From: Octopus bimaculoides
Taxonomy: Eukaryota
Assembly: GCF_001194135.2 (NCBI RefSeq)
Contig: NC_068981.1
Coordinates: 199,435,903-199,499,902 of the forward strand
Length of the DNA: 64,000 nt
Direction: 5' to 3'
How positions within the stretch are numbered: the stretch's first letter is position 1; every line of letters starts with the position of its first letter. Under the pieces are notes generated by a model. It searched no databases and had not been told where the DNA came from. It worked only from the letters and a program-made list of their open reading frames with translations. The translations under genes and the position numbers were made by a program. Shown here piece by piece: positions 47,321 through 59,989 of this stretch.

Positions 47321-48232
47321 AGATTCATTATTAGATTTGCACCTAGGAACTTTTGAACTTAACACTGGAGTCCCCAAGATTTACTAACTAAACCTCTTTC
47401 TTACAACTTTCAATAATTTTCAAACAGAGAACACATATTGTCGATTATGTTCCAGATACCATATGTTAAATAAAACACAGCCTCATCAAAATGGTAGGTG
47501 CTGAGTGAAAGACAGGAGGAATTTTTAGAAGCTGGAACTGTCTTGTACAGTGATGGACAAGAGAAGGGAGTTGGGGTTGAACTTCCTCAAACTCTGCTGA
47601 TTGCATCTGATTTTTTTAAGAGCAAAAAATGTAGCATTTGATGTCAGAACTTTCAAAGGGTAAAACTTTCATTAAGAAAAACTTGCAGTCTTTGTTATTG
47701 TTTGCAAAATATACGTTCTCATGGGTCAACTTTTTGCATTAAACGCTTTTAAAAATGTAAATTTATTCCTAACCTCTACCTTCAAACAGCCCCGCAAAAA
47801 TCTATTCTCTCATAGAAAGGTATTTAAGAGAATTCCTGCAAAATATTATAAAGATTTTCTTTTTCCTGGAACCAATAAGTTTGTTGCTAAGTGACAGAAA
47901 GTTTTAAATTTCGTTTATAAATGAAAACAGGAGAATTGATACTATATCAATAAAAGAATCTATAAAGTCAAATTGCTAATAATAGTCAGGAAATAACAAG
48001 GAGAGAGCAATAGTTGGATACTGTTGTAATGGAAGCAATAATAATAATAATAATAGTAAAACTGAGATCAAATGGAGATGGATAGAATAGATGGAAATAT
48101 AAAACACCACTTGATAATAACATTGGTTAAATGTCTGAGATATAAAATAGGCTAACGATAACATTTGTAAGAAAGTAATACAATCTCAATGGAAATAAAA
48201 GAAAAAAATATGACAGCAGGTTTAATTTTTAG

Positions 48233-48367
48233 ATTCCTTTTATTTTGACTTGTTCAAGACTCAAGCTCCAACCAGAGAAAGGATTTTTGTCTAAAACTAC
48301 AAGATCAATGGAATGGCTAGATTATCGTTGTGAAAGGTTAAAGAAGCTTGGAATTGAGCTGAACTAA
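48233..48367 (+). CDS. Candidate terminal exon (IPFILTCSRLKLQPEKGFLSKTTRSMEWLDYRCERLKKLGIELN*)
   Basis: tttaatttttag| in phase 0 matches the 45300 exon; 44 protein-like codons to TAA. Confidence 0.5.
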   Translation: MPFILTCSRLKLQPEKGFLSKTTRSMEWLDYRCERLKKLGIELN

Positions 48368-48639
48368 AGAACTGGCTATTTATAAATTTCATAATGTAAA
48401 ATAAAGAAGTCAGTCCCAGCAATATCAACTAGATGTGTATTTTAAGCAGTTCTAATGAGATATGAATCAATCTCATAATCCCCACATTAATCTCACAATG
48501 ACTACAATAATACAGGAAAATATTTTATAGGAAATATCATCTCATTTTCCTGACAGATATTTTTTGCTTGCAATTTTAAATATTTTTTTTTTTAATTCAT
48601 TGAGAGAATCTGAAGACTTAACAGTTGAATCCATCATTA

Positions 48640-49800
48640 ATCAACAGGGAGTCATCAGTCATCTCCAAGGGCCCCATTAAGAGTGATTGTCATTAGGTCT
48701 TCCAGCAGGATTTCCAAACAGAAACAACTGAGATCATGGGTACTATCCAATAATCTCATTCTTGGTCTACCCCAAGGTCTCCCCCCCCCCCCGGTTGGGT
48801 TGGCTCAGCTTCAAGAATGTCTTGATTCTTTCCTCAAGAATGTCATGTGATTCTTTTCTAATCCCATGTCCGTAGTGCTGGAGCTGTGACCTCTCAATGA
48901 GAAGAGAAGTGGTTCGACCTGGAGAGATTCCCTCCTCTTTGGGCTACACATCTTGTTGTTGAGTGACCTTACTTCAAAGATTCTTTAGAGGAACCCCATT
49001 TTGGCCATTTGCATTTGCGATTGCACTCTCTTTCATTCGTTACCCACAACATTCAGGACCATAAGTGAGGATAAGCATGAAAATCAAATAGAGGATAATG
49101 AGTTTGGCTTTCTTACCAACCTCTCCTCTTCTGAGGATTGAATGATGGAACCGGTGCAGTATGGTACCAGCATTTGGAATTCTAACATGCAATTCTTGCA
49201 AGGACCAATGTCTCAGTCTTTGCAACATTAAATTTCATCCCTTACCTTGCAGCACTCATCATGGAACCCATTCAGTGCATCCTGGAGATCGCCTTCTGTA
49301 GAGTCAAGTAGCACCATGTCGTCTGCATATCTCAGCCAATTGACCCTACATCCATTGATTGTCTTGTTACTTCCACATTGGCTGTGCTTGTGAATCCAGT
49401 TCATTAAAATTATGAAAAAGAGAGGTGACAACACACAGCCCTGCTGAAGTCCCAACACCCATGTTAAAAAATTTTGACTTAGTACTGTTTCCCCAAACAT
49501 AGATACCTGGGTCTTCATAAAAGGATTTCAGAGTTACCGGAAGTTTCCCAGTAATCCCAAACATCTTGCAAAACCTTCCACTGTATGCTCCATGACATGC
49601 AGTCTTATCCCTTTTTGAGGGTCTGCAAAGCAAGTGTACACATCTTAGCAATATTCCCAGGATTTCTTGAAGACTTGGCATGGAGTAAATATTTAATCAA
49701 TTGTGCTGCATCCAAGATGGAAGCCACATTATTCTTCATCTAGTTTGCACTTGACGTTTTCTTTATATCTCTTTTCCAGACACCTGGAGTAGACATACCT
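48640..49800 (-). mobile_element. Degenerate RTE reverse transcriptase
   Basis: GLQQGCVLSPLFFII and WLRYADDMVLL, with a GRP-type C-terminus. Confidence 0.9.
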
Positions 49801-50072
49801 CCCCTGATAATTAATAATTTTATACAAGTTTTAAAACAGACAGCAGAAGTTGTTGTTGTTGTAATTTAGCTACCAGGTCAGCCTTGATACAGCTAAAACG
49901 TGATCCTTAGTCTTGCAGCGATGCTCATAAAGTCTTTCTAGTTTTTAGACACTCTATCTGGGACTACATTATCAATTGTATCTTTTTTGTAAGACGGAGG
50001 AATGAAATTTGGAGACGGTTTGACTGCTATTTCATATAAGTTGTTCAGCCTCATTTACTCAATTGCTCTCTC

Positions 50073-50119
<47 letters not shown>

Positions 50120-51114
50120 TTCTCTCTCCCTCTCTCTCTTTCTCTATTGCTTAAATTAACTGTGGTCAGTTTCCATCTCATCATATTTAAAGAAAAAACA
50201 TAGAGAGTGACAAGTTGATTCTAGTTTGCAGGACTTAACAAAGGTGGGCACTAATTGTAAAAATTAAGAAAATATTATTTCTATATGTGATTAATATTTT
50301 AATTAAAATCCTTGTTAATATACAGAATAAAACAGACAGTAATAAAATGGAGGGGAAATAAGCTTCACAGTTTCCAAATAGCAGAACTAACTAAACTGGA
50401 CAAGTCTAAAATGATTGAAACATGTGTGCAGTTGTCTCCCTTCCTTGCCAAAATCATTATAGATACCATTAATCATTAAACTTCTCCCTACCGCTTAAGT
50501 GTTATCAGTTAATTAAATATACCATTCCATGTTACTTAATAATGATGGCACAAACTTGAGTCACTGGTGGGATGGGGGGGGTCACACATCTCCAGAACTT
50601 CACAACTTTTTCATGATTTATCTTTAAAAAACAGTAATACCTGACTGTTGCTGCTACTCCTGCTGCTACTGTTGCTGTGGTTGTTTCTGCTGCTGCTGCT
50701 GCTGTTGTTGTTGTTGAGGTGAATGCACATGAGTTTAAGAAGCTTGCTTCCCAACAAAGTAGCGGTCTTTTGTCAACTGCTCTGAATCACTTGTTTTCAT
50801 TAAGTCCTAATGCCTTTTTGCTTCCATTGTCCTCAAGGATGTCGTCACAATGTCCTTCAAAGGTATCAGATACCTGCTCCCAGGATTGTTGGAATCTCAA
50901 ACCCCTGTATGCTCAAAATGTTGGGTCAAACTACCTTACAGGATAATCAAGCTCCAAGATTTCCTTCAGTTGAATTTTAATACTGTTTTCCACCTTTATA
51001 CATTATACTTACGTACATCATACATACATGCATGCATACATACACACATACAAACATCCATCCATTCATCCATCCATCCATCCATACATACATACATACA
51101 TACATACATACATA

Positions 51115-52545
51115 GCTGAATCACTTCCAGAACCAGAGAAAATTATAACCAAATCATTTCTGGAACTTGAGAAGAAATTTCAGGTTTGGAAGCAAGATCT
51201 AGAATCAAAGGGCCTTAGAGTTAATCTAGCAAAAACCAAATTCCTAGTAAGTAGGAAGGTAGACAAATCACAAATCCCTTCAGGCAGATGACCCTACTCA
51301 ATCTGTAGAAGAGGCGTAGGTAGAAACTCCATAAGGTGGACCTGGTGTAAGCTATGGATGCTGCAATATCAGAAGCAGGTTAACAGAGAAAATAGGTTTT
51401 GTGTGTGGAAAATGCACAGATACGATCAATACTATAAATGTTCAGAAAATAGATTCCATCAAATGCCAATGGGGAAAACTAGAAGTAGTCGATAGCTTTC
51501 ATTATCTAGGTGACCAAGTCAACAGTGAAGGTAGAAGCTCTGAGACCATAGCTGCTAGAATAAGAACAGGCTGGGAAAAAGTTCAGAGAGTTCCTACCTC
51601 TGCTGGTAACAAAGGGTGTCTCACTCAGAATGAAAGGTAGACTGTACGACACATGTGTGAGAACAGCTGCTGAGGAAATGTGTAAGCTGGCAAGAAATAA
51701 AGCTAGTATACTCTGCCAGATGTGTAATGTCAGTGTGCATACATGACAGAGTGTAAGTGCCTTGAGAAAAAAGTTGGACTTAAGAAGCATCAGATGTGGT
51801 GTGCAAGGGAGACGACTGTGCTGGTATGGTGTGCAAGGGAGACGACTGCGCTGGGTCATGTGATGTATATGAATGAGGACAGCTGTATGAAGAAGGGTCA
51901 CACCCTAACAGTGGAGGGAACATGTGGAAGAGGTAGACCCAGGAAGACCTGGGAGGAGGTGGTGAAGCATGACCTTCGAGTGTTGAGCTTCGCAGAGTCG
52001 ATGACTTCTGACGGAAACCTTTGGAGATATGCTGTGCTTGCGAAGACCCAGCAAGCCAAGTGAGACTGTAACCATGACCTATGCCAGTGTAGCATAACCA
52101 GCCCATTTTAGAGTACCTTTCAATCATTGGACAATATACTGTGCTTGAGAAGACATGGTGAGTCAAGGGAAATCATTGTCGTGGCTGATGCCAGTACTGC
52201 CTGACTGGCTCCTATGCCAGTGGCACGTAAAAAGCACCATTCAAGCATGATTGGTGCCAGTCTCACTGGACTGGCTCCTGTGCTGGTGGCACATAAAAAG
52301 CATCATCTGAGCATGGTCGATGCCAGTGCCGCCTGACTGGACCTCATGCTGGTCGCATGTAAAAAGCACCCACTACACTCTCGGAATGATTGGCATTAGG
52401 AAGGGCATCCAGCTGTAGAAACCTTGCCAGATCTGATTGGAGCCTGGTGCAGCCTTCTGGCTCACCAGTCCTCAGTCAAACCGTCCCACCCATACCAGCA
52501 TGGAAAGCAGATGTTAAACGATGGTGATGATGATGAGGAGGAGGA
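51115..52545 (+). mobile_element. RTE LINE 3' 1.4 kb (RT end with Cys-rich insert, UTR units, tail)
   Basis: LESKGLRVNLAKTK, SICRRGVGRNSI...CKLW...CGKC, LEVVDSFHYLGD, GRGRPRKTWEEVVKHDL; 30-bp duplication near 51790-51860. Confidence 0.92.
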
Positions 52546-54314
52546 GGAGGGGTATTTAGGGTGTATTTATTAGTTTAAGAAGTACTGGTATAAGACACAA
52601 GTCAGAATATGTGTGTGTATGTGTGCATGCATATGAGAAGTGTGTGAGTGTATAGAGATATGTATATGTGTGTGTGTGTATATGAGTGTATGTGTGTGCT
52701 AGTAAGATGAGCATATCCCTGTGTATGTGTGTGAGTGAGAGTATGTCCCTCTGTGTGTGTATGTGTGTGAGAGAGAGAGAGAGAAGATGTGTACATAACC
52801 ACAATCCCATCCAACATGTTGAGGCAGGCCTCTACTGTAAGTATCGTTCAGTTTATATTTATATTGTCAAATAGCAAAACATTGTTTTATGCAGTGAAGC
52901 TATAAAATTAATGAAAATAATGTTTTATCAGTCATAAAAAAAGAAAAAACACCCAGAAATCACTTTTAAATAAAAACTTTTCTGGTTAAAGGATAGTAAT
53001 ATAACAAATTCTATGGCGTTGGAAGATAATTAATGATGCAGAACAAGAAAAAAAAATGTTTACTTAATATTTCAAATTTAATAATTTCTAAAATGAAATG
53101 TGAAAAAAAAACCTTAAACAAGACTTAGGCGGCCACTCTGAATTTAATGAAAGAAGAAGAGACGAATGGTCGGGGATGCGTGAATGAAGAATGCAGAAGA
53201 GCAGCCGACACTGAGAAACAGAAGCCTTTGTAGCAGCAATAGAAAAGGTGGAGTGAGAGGTGATTGTGTGTCTGCAAGGGGGCCAGCATGTCTGCAAGGG
53301 ATCTTATGCCATTTTAAGTGAAGTGGTCATTCTTTGGAGGCTGTCAAGTATGCCCAAAATGAATACAATGTTAGCAGTGTGATAATTTGAAATGGATTGA
53401 GATTTCATTATAAATTTATTAATTTATTAAGATATTTTCTTCCTATTTGATTATGGCTGTGACCATAGAATGTTTGGAATTTATTTCTTAATAATTTCTC
53501 TCAGACTTCATTTGACCTCCTTCTTTCTTTCCTTTAATTAACATTCATGACATGACTTGTCTCCAATATTTATTCCCTGAACACTCTCACAGATATTATC
53601 TCATGCAAATATAAATACGCAACTTTCAACAATAATGAAAAACAAAGCATTTTTATAAATATTAACAATTCTTGATGATGATAATGATGATGATGGTGGT
53701 GGTGGTGGTNNNNNNNNNNTTGTTGTTGGTGGTGGTGGTGGTGGTGGTGATATAGGATGAAAATTCTCCACTTCCTCCACTTCTGCCTCCTTTTGATAAT
53801 CACCATCATCATCATCATTGCTGTCATCTTTGTCATCCAGTCTCTTCTCATGATCAAGATCCCCTCTTCCTCTTTCTCTTCATCATTGACATGATCATCA
53901 TCATCAGCGCTATCTTCATCTTATTATCTGTCATTGTTGTCGTCATCATCTTCCTTTTCCCCTTCCTCCTCTTCCTCCTCCTCCTCCTCATCATCATCAT
54001 CATCACTGTCATCATCAATGTCAAGATTATCATTATGTGAAATGACTTTCCTCATTTCAAGCATGCTAACTCCCAGACTTCCAGGCTCTCATAGCGGCGG
54101 CAGCAGCGGCAGCAGCAGCGGCAGCAGCAGCGGCAGCAGTTAGAACGGCCCCTTTGACCAAGCTTCTATGTCCTCAACAGAACCGGGCAGGACTTTCAAT
54201 CTTTACTCATTTTATTCCAGCAAGTTGGCCGAAGGGAAACTCCCTTTTCTCGTCTGATTAATTTCGCAGCCAAAAACTGAACGAAACAAAATTAGGATTA
54301 AAGCTTTTATTTTT

Positions 54315-54490
54315 TATTGATTCCAGTCATTAGAATGTGGTCATGCTGGGGCACCACCCTGAATTTTTAGCCGAATGAATTGACCCCAGTGCTTAGTCTA
54401 TCAGTCTTTTTTGCCAAACTGCTAAGTTACGGGGACATAAACATACCAACACTGGTTGTCAAGCAGTGATGGTGGGGTGGGGGTGGACAA
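54315..54490 (-). mobile_element. SINE body, cut by an N gap
   Basis: Same family as 2135-2307. Confidence 0.75.
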
Positions 54491-55227
54491 NNNNNNNNNN
54501 NNNNNNNNNNNNNNNNNNNNNNNNNNNNNNNNNNNNNNNNNNNNNNNNNNNNNNNNNNNNNNNNNNNNNNNNNNNNNNNNNNNNNNNNNNNNNNNNNNNN
54601 NNNNNNNNNNNNNNNNNNNNNNNNNNNNNNNNNNNNNNNNNNNNNNNNNNNNNNNNNNNNNNNNNNNNNNNNNNNNNNNNNNNNNNNNNNNNNNNNNNNN
54701 NNNNNNNNNNNNNNNNNNNNNNNNNNNNNNNNNNNNNNNNNNNNNNNNNNNNNNNNNNNNNNNNNNNNNNNNNNNNNNNNNNNNNNNNNNNNNNNNNNNN
54801 NNNNNNNNNNNNNNNNNNNNNNNNNNNNNNNNNNNNNNNNNNNNNNNNNNNNNNNNNNNNNNNNNNNNNNNNNNNNNNNNNNNNNNNNNNNNNNNNNNNN
54901 NNNNNNNNNNNNNNNNNNNNNNNNNNNNNNNNNNNNNNNNNNNNNNNNNNNNNNNNNNNNNNNNNNNNNNNNNNNNNNNNNNNNNNNNNNNNNNNNNNNN
55001 NNNNNNNNNNNNNNNNNNNNNNNNNNNNNNNNNNNNNNNNNNNNNNNNNNNNNNNNNNNNNNNNNNNNNNNNNNNNNNNNNNNNNNNNNNNNNNNNNNNN
55101 NNNNNNNNNNNNNNNNNNNNNNNNNNNNNNNNNNNNNNNNNNNNNNNNNNNNNNNNNNNNNNNNNNNNNNNNNNNNNNNNNNNNNNNNNNNNNNNNNNNN
55201 NNNNNNNNNNNNNNNNNNNNNNNNNNN

Positions 55228-55289
<62 letters not shown>

Positions 55290-55322
55290 GTGCGTGCGTG
55301 CGTGTGTGTGTTTGTGCTCACA

Positions 55323-56470
55323 TGTAGTATTGGCTATATAGGGTTCATAGAGAGTCAAGGCATATCACCTTACAGCACACCACCAACTGGTTAGACAGAA
55401 TCAAGCTGAGCAGACAGCGAAATGATATCAGTTTTAAAGCAACGATGGAGACCAGTCACTGATGTTGTGCAATTTGTGATTCCAATTGTTTATCAGTAAT
55501 TCAACGAAAATAGAATATGTAGCGTAGACTCTCTATATATGTGCATTCGAACCTAGCAGGGACCAACTGGCCTTTCGCCACTGTATCCTGTTGTGTCTAC
55601 TACTCCGATTGGTTAGTATTGGTGCAATTTGTCTCCTTCTCTGTTGTGCCGACTGACCGTGGATAGCCAGTCAGAGACTGTAGATAGCATCACATGAACA
55701 ACCTTTTTCGAACCCTATTTCAAGCCTACCACTTTCTATAAAAACCCAGCTTTTTCCTCAATACATGTCTTTGGTTCAAGACCTTTTAAAGTCTGACCAC
55801 TGGCCACACAAAACACAGCCAGTTCCAGCAGCAATACCACAGCAGCCACGTTGAGACTTACCAACTTCGTCCAACAATATTCCAGCAACCTCCGTCTTCG
55901 TCGCTACCATCTTCTTAACGTCGTCAGCATCATCTCTCTACGTACACAGCTCAGCAAGCAACTCGCCCAGGTTCCAACTCTTCTCTGTTTGTGAGTTACT
56001 TCACCATGGATCAACAACAAAAATATGACCTGCAAGAACTCCTGTGCCAAGTGGCCCAGGCAGCAGCAGCAGCATCACAGCCACAACTTCACGTACGACA
56101 TGTACCTGTATCGAGCTCAGCATCATGGCTGCCACTTCTTGATACAGTATTTCAACGACCAATGTACTAATGACTATGAACTGGTATTATTCATCTGTCT
56201 ACTTCTTCACTGCCATCCTTATATGTTCTTAACACACACATTCAGCTATGCTTACACACACATATACATTTTGTTCTCATGACGACTTGTCTATTATTAC
56301 TGTATACATGACACACACACAAACACACATGTTATTACATCAATAAATCTTCTCCTACCATTCTACGCAGTTGTGTCTCTTTTTTCCTCTGGCACTTATA
56401 TGTATTATTCAATTAATATTTATTGTATCGACCGTGTGATGTACTAAAGAATCATTCTCGTCACCTCACA
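55323..56470 (+). mobile_element. Probable solo LTR (1148 bp)
   Basis: TGT...ACA ends; flanks TCACA and TCGCG are consistent with a 5-bp TSD after two CpG decays; TATAAAA at 55737 and AATAAA at 56342. Confidence 0.6.
56006..56170 (+). CDS. 54-aa small ORF inside the LTR-like element
   Basis: CACCATGG Kozak context; MDQQQKYDLQELLCQVAQAAAAASQPQLHVRHVPVSSSASWLPLLDTVFQRPMY*. Translation is unproven. Confidence 0.25.
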   Translation: MDQQQKYDLQELLCQVAQAAAAASQPQLHVRHVPVSSSASWLPLLDTVFQRPMY

Positions 56471-56679
56471 TCGCGCGGTCTTTACAAATGTTTGCTGTAG
56501 CATGAAACAATAATAATAACAAACAAACCATTTATTCATTTCTTACTATGTATATATCTATATACATACATACTCTTTTTTCTTTCTTCATTTAGCGTCT
56601 GTTTTCCATGCTGGCATGAGTTGGTCGGTTTGACAAGAGTTGTTACACAAATATATATATATATATATATATACATATA

Positions 56680-57319
56680 TGGGTACAGAACGTCACCAAC
56701 GGTGCAAATGACATAAAATACCTAAACAACGAGAAAAAATGAAATACAGAACAAGTAAACACAGAGAAAGGACCCTTCATCAGTTGCTGGCTGTCTATCT
56801 ACTCCTCATTTCGAGCATTCAATGACGATATGAGTCTTCAAAGGCAGTTGCTCCCATAAATTCTAAAATAGAATTTAGGATTTATGGAGGGTTAACGTTG
56901 GGAACAAAAACATGACAGTGGAGACATACAAGGAAACCGAACGAAAATAGGCATAGAGGGTCGTTAGACCAGAACGAAAGGAAAATAGTGAACACTGGGA
57001 AAAAGAATTTTTTTGAAAGAGATAGAAGAGAGAGAGAGAAAAAATCGTGTCTGTTCTTTTGAACGTCGATGTTGGAAAAGAAATATAGTCACGTGAGAAA
57101 AAGATGGACGATGGTCACGTGTGAGCAACAAGAGAGAGAGAGAAAAAAAAGAGAAAGGGGAGAAGAGAGAGATAGAAAAGGGTGAAGGAGGGAGGGAGAA
57201 AAAGGAAATAGAGAAGGATGGGGGAAGGAAACAGTATAGAGTAGAGAGTTGCGTCAAAAGAGTGAAGATAAACTTGCAAATGGATGTGTCACGTTTAATT
57301 AAACAATAAATCATAAATG

Positions 57320-57330
<11 letters not shown>
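56680..57330 (-). mobile_element. Unclassified CpG-rich repeat, possibly a Penelope-like terminal repeat
   Basis: CpG-rich, non-coding block bounded by (TA)n runs, with CTGATGA and CTCGAAA fragments on the minus strand. Confidence 0.4.
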
Positions 57331-57388
<58 letters not shown>

Positions 57389-57492
57389 GTATGTATATAT
57401 GTATATATTCGAGATCAGTGACTTTTCGTCACTAGAAAGAGCATATATATATTTGCATTGGGAACCACTTCACATCGACAACCGGTGGTTGT

Positions 57493-57537
57493 CACACGCT
57501 GATGACGGGTCAATACCCAGAAACTCGGGTCCATGTG
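57493..57537 (+). ncRNA. Type-I hammerhead motif with two CpG-type changes
   Basis: CACACG-CUGAUGA-CGGG(UCAAUA)CCCA-GAAA-C(UCGG)GUC-CAUGUG; GUC cleavage triplet; both mismatches are G-to-A at CpG sites. Confidence 0.6.
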
Positions 57538-57760
57538 TATCACGTCAGGTTGGAGATGGGAAGGATGGCTTGCCTTTGCAAATACTGATAGGGCACAGAA
57601 AGTGTGTCAATAGCCAGCTGGAGGAGATGTTCTCCTGGGGCTACAAGCGACAGTAGCATCAATCCTTAAGGGTTAGCCACATTTAAGTGGCAAATATACT
57701 TCACGATGTCGTATATATACATACATACATATACATACATGCATACATACATATATATAT

Positions 57761-57796
<36 letters not shown>

Positions 57797-59989
57797 AGAG
57801 AAAAGCATAACTATCGAGAAAGTATAAAGATATATAGGGAATGAAGTAGGGAGTTTGAGGGACATAAGCCTCTTCCAGAAAAAATAGATTGAGATGAAAA
57901 TGTTAAAGCTTTATATATATATATATCAGTATACGTAAAATATTTTCTAATATTTAAAAACTATCTTTTTGATATCTTTTTAACATCACTCTTTATCTGT
58001 AAGAAGGATGATGCCTTTTAAGATGTTTAACATATCTTTATACATCAGTATAGTTTTTCTACCCATATATGTTTATTATATTTTTATATATTTATGTATC
58101 TGTAAATTTTTTATATTTTTCAATATTTTGATGAGTGATTCATTAAATGTATTTTATGGCTGAGTATATGTTGCATTATTATTGTAAATTGTTGAACCTA
58201 CTTGAATTTTCCTTTTAAATATAATATATATATCTAACGTCTCAGGTTATCTACTTCAGCACTTCATAACACTGTCTATATAATAAACAAAGATATAATT
58301 ATATCAGTATATACCTTTTATAGATAATATACATATATTACTCCGCAACTGGCTTCGAAATAGAATGTAAAAAACAGACCTTCCTCTAGAATAAGCATGT
58401 GCATGAACTTCAAAGTAGGAAACCTCATATATTGCCCAATCTACTCCAATCGTAAAGAAAATAACATCAGCCAGCCCAGAAACTGCTCGTTTGAAAGGGT
58501 AAGGATGCATAAGCAACAAGTAAATCATCATCCCCAACTAAGTAGAATCCCTTCGAAGAGAAAATTTACAAATTTATGAGAACAATAAATTCAAAATTTT
58601 TTTTTTTCCTACCAATACTGAAGAGACAGTTCAATATGTCGTTTGGAAATAGAGACATTTTGTAAAAAGATTTTTGGCATAACTAAATAACTGCTTAAAG
58701 AAAAATGATATGATCAAATTAAAAGAAATTTGTTTTGAAAATTCCCTACGGATAAGATGAAAGTGTTAAGTTTAAGTATTTATTTTTTTAATTTTCTCTA
58801 TTCGAGAAAAAGAGGTTTCATTTTATTTTTTCCCTAACTGATCACGTTTTTCTTTCTTTTTTACTACCCTTTTATTAATTCTAAACAAGACAGAGAACTT
58901 AAGATCTTATATGTCCATGTACCTAAATGTATCCTCTATGTATGTATGGATATAAATACATCTGTGTGTCTGTGTGTTTGCCTGTAAGCATGTAGATATT
59001 TATATATCACGGGTCAATATTCACACGCACCATCGCATACAGAATCACACATCCATGCAGACACACACATCTTTGCTCGCGCAGATAGGTTTTCACAGTA
59101 GGACAAAAAAACATTTCACTAAGCTCACTTCAAAATTCTTTAACTTAAAATTTTGACTTGTTACAAATTATCACTTGTCACCTGACCATCGTCGTCGTCA
59201 TCATTATCACCATCATCATCATCGTCATCGTCATCATTATCACCATCATCATCGTCATCATCGTCATCATCATCATTATCATCATCATCTCTACCACCAC
59301 CACCACCACCACCACCAACATCGTTTTAAAAAGATCTAACCATTTCATTTCTACACGAATATACCTGGACTGTATTGAATAATGATTACAAACCTTCATT
59401 GAAATAATAAAAATTTGGTGATCCCGTGAAAGGGTTAGGAATTCGTGTTTTAATATGACATCCTTTGACATGTACAAAGAAAAATGGGAAAAACAACTGA
59501 TCAAGCAATATTAAAGATTAATAAATCGTTTGGTAGAATAATACTAATCGTTGTTCCTTTCACGTAAGAATGATTGATTGATTAACTTACTACAAAGCCT
59601 CTACAACATTGTTTCTTTTTCATACTTAACTAAAAAGCATAGCCATACTTTTCAAGCCTGTTGCAAGCTTTAATTTTAAGATAACAGATTTAAGCTTATA
59701 GTTGAATGTTCACCCTAGGGACATACTAATTATAGCCTTGATATAATATTAATAACGCAACTTTGTATTTCAACATGTTTTCCTGTTAGTTTTCTTTCTT
59801 GTTTCTCTCCTTCCTTCAACTAATCGCTTACTAGATCGCTTTCAAAAGCTGTTTACATTAAGCTGGAGAACTAACAGATCCCAGATATCGCAAGCTGCTA
59901 GCTAAAGCTATCACCACCAACGTAACAAACATATCGATTAATCGATAACGTAAGCAACAACTGCAAAATCGAATTGCAATGATTAAGTT

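Noticed and set aside
47428-47493. 66-nt + strand exon candidate (ENTYCRLCSRYHMLNKTQPHQN)
   Set aside because: Phase 1 to 1 does not fit between the phase-0 exons at 45330 and 48233; kept out of the model.
56770-56860. Hammerhead from CTCGAAA and CTGATGA fragments on the minus strand
   Set aside because: The stems cannot be closed in any of the three topologies.
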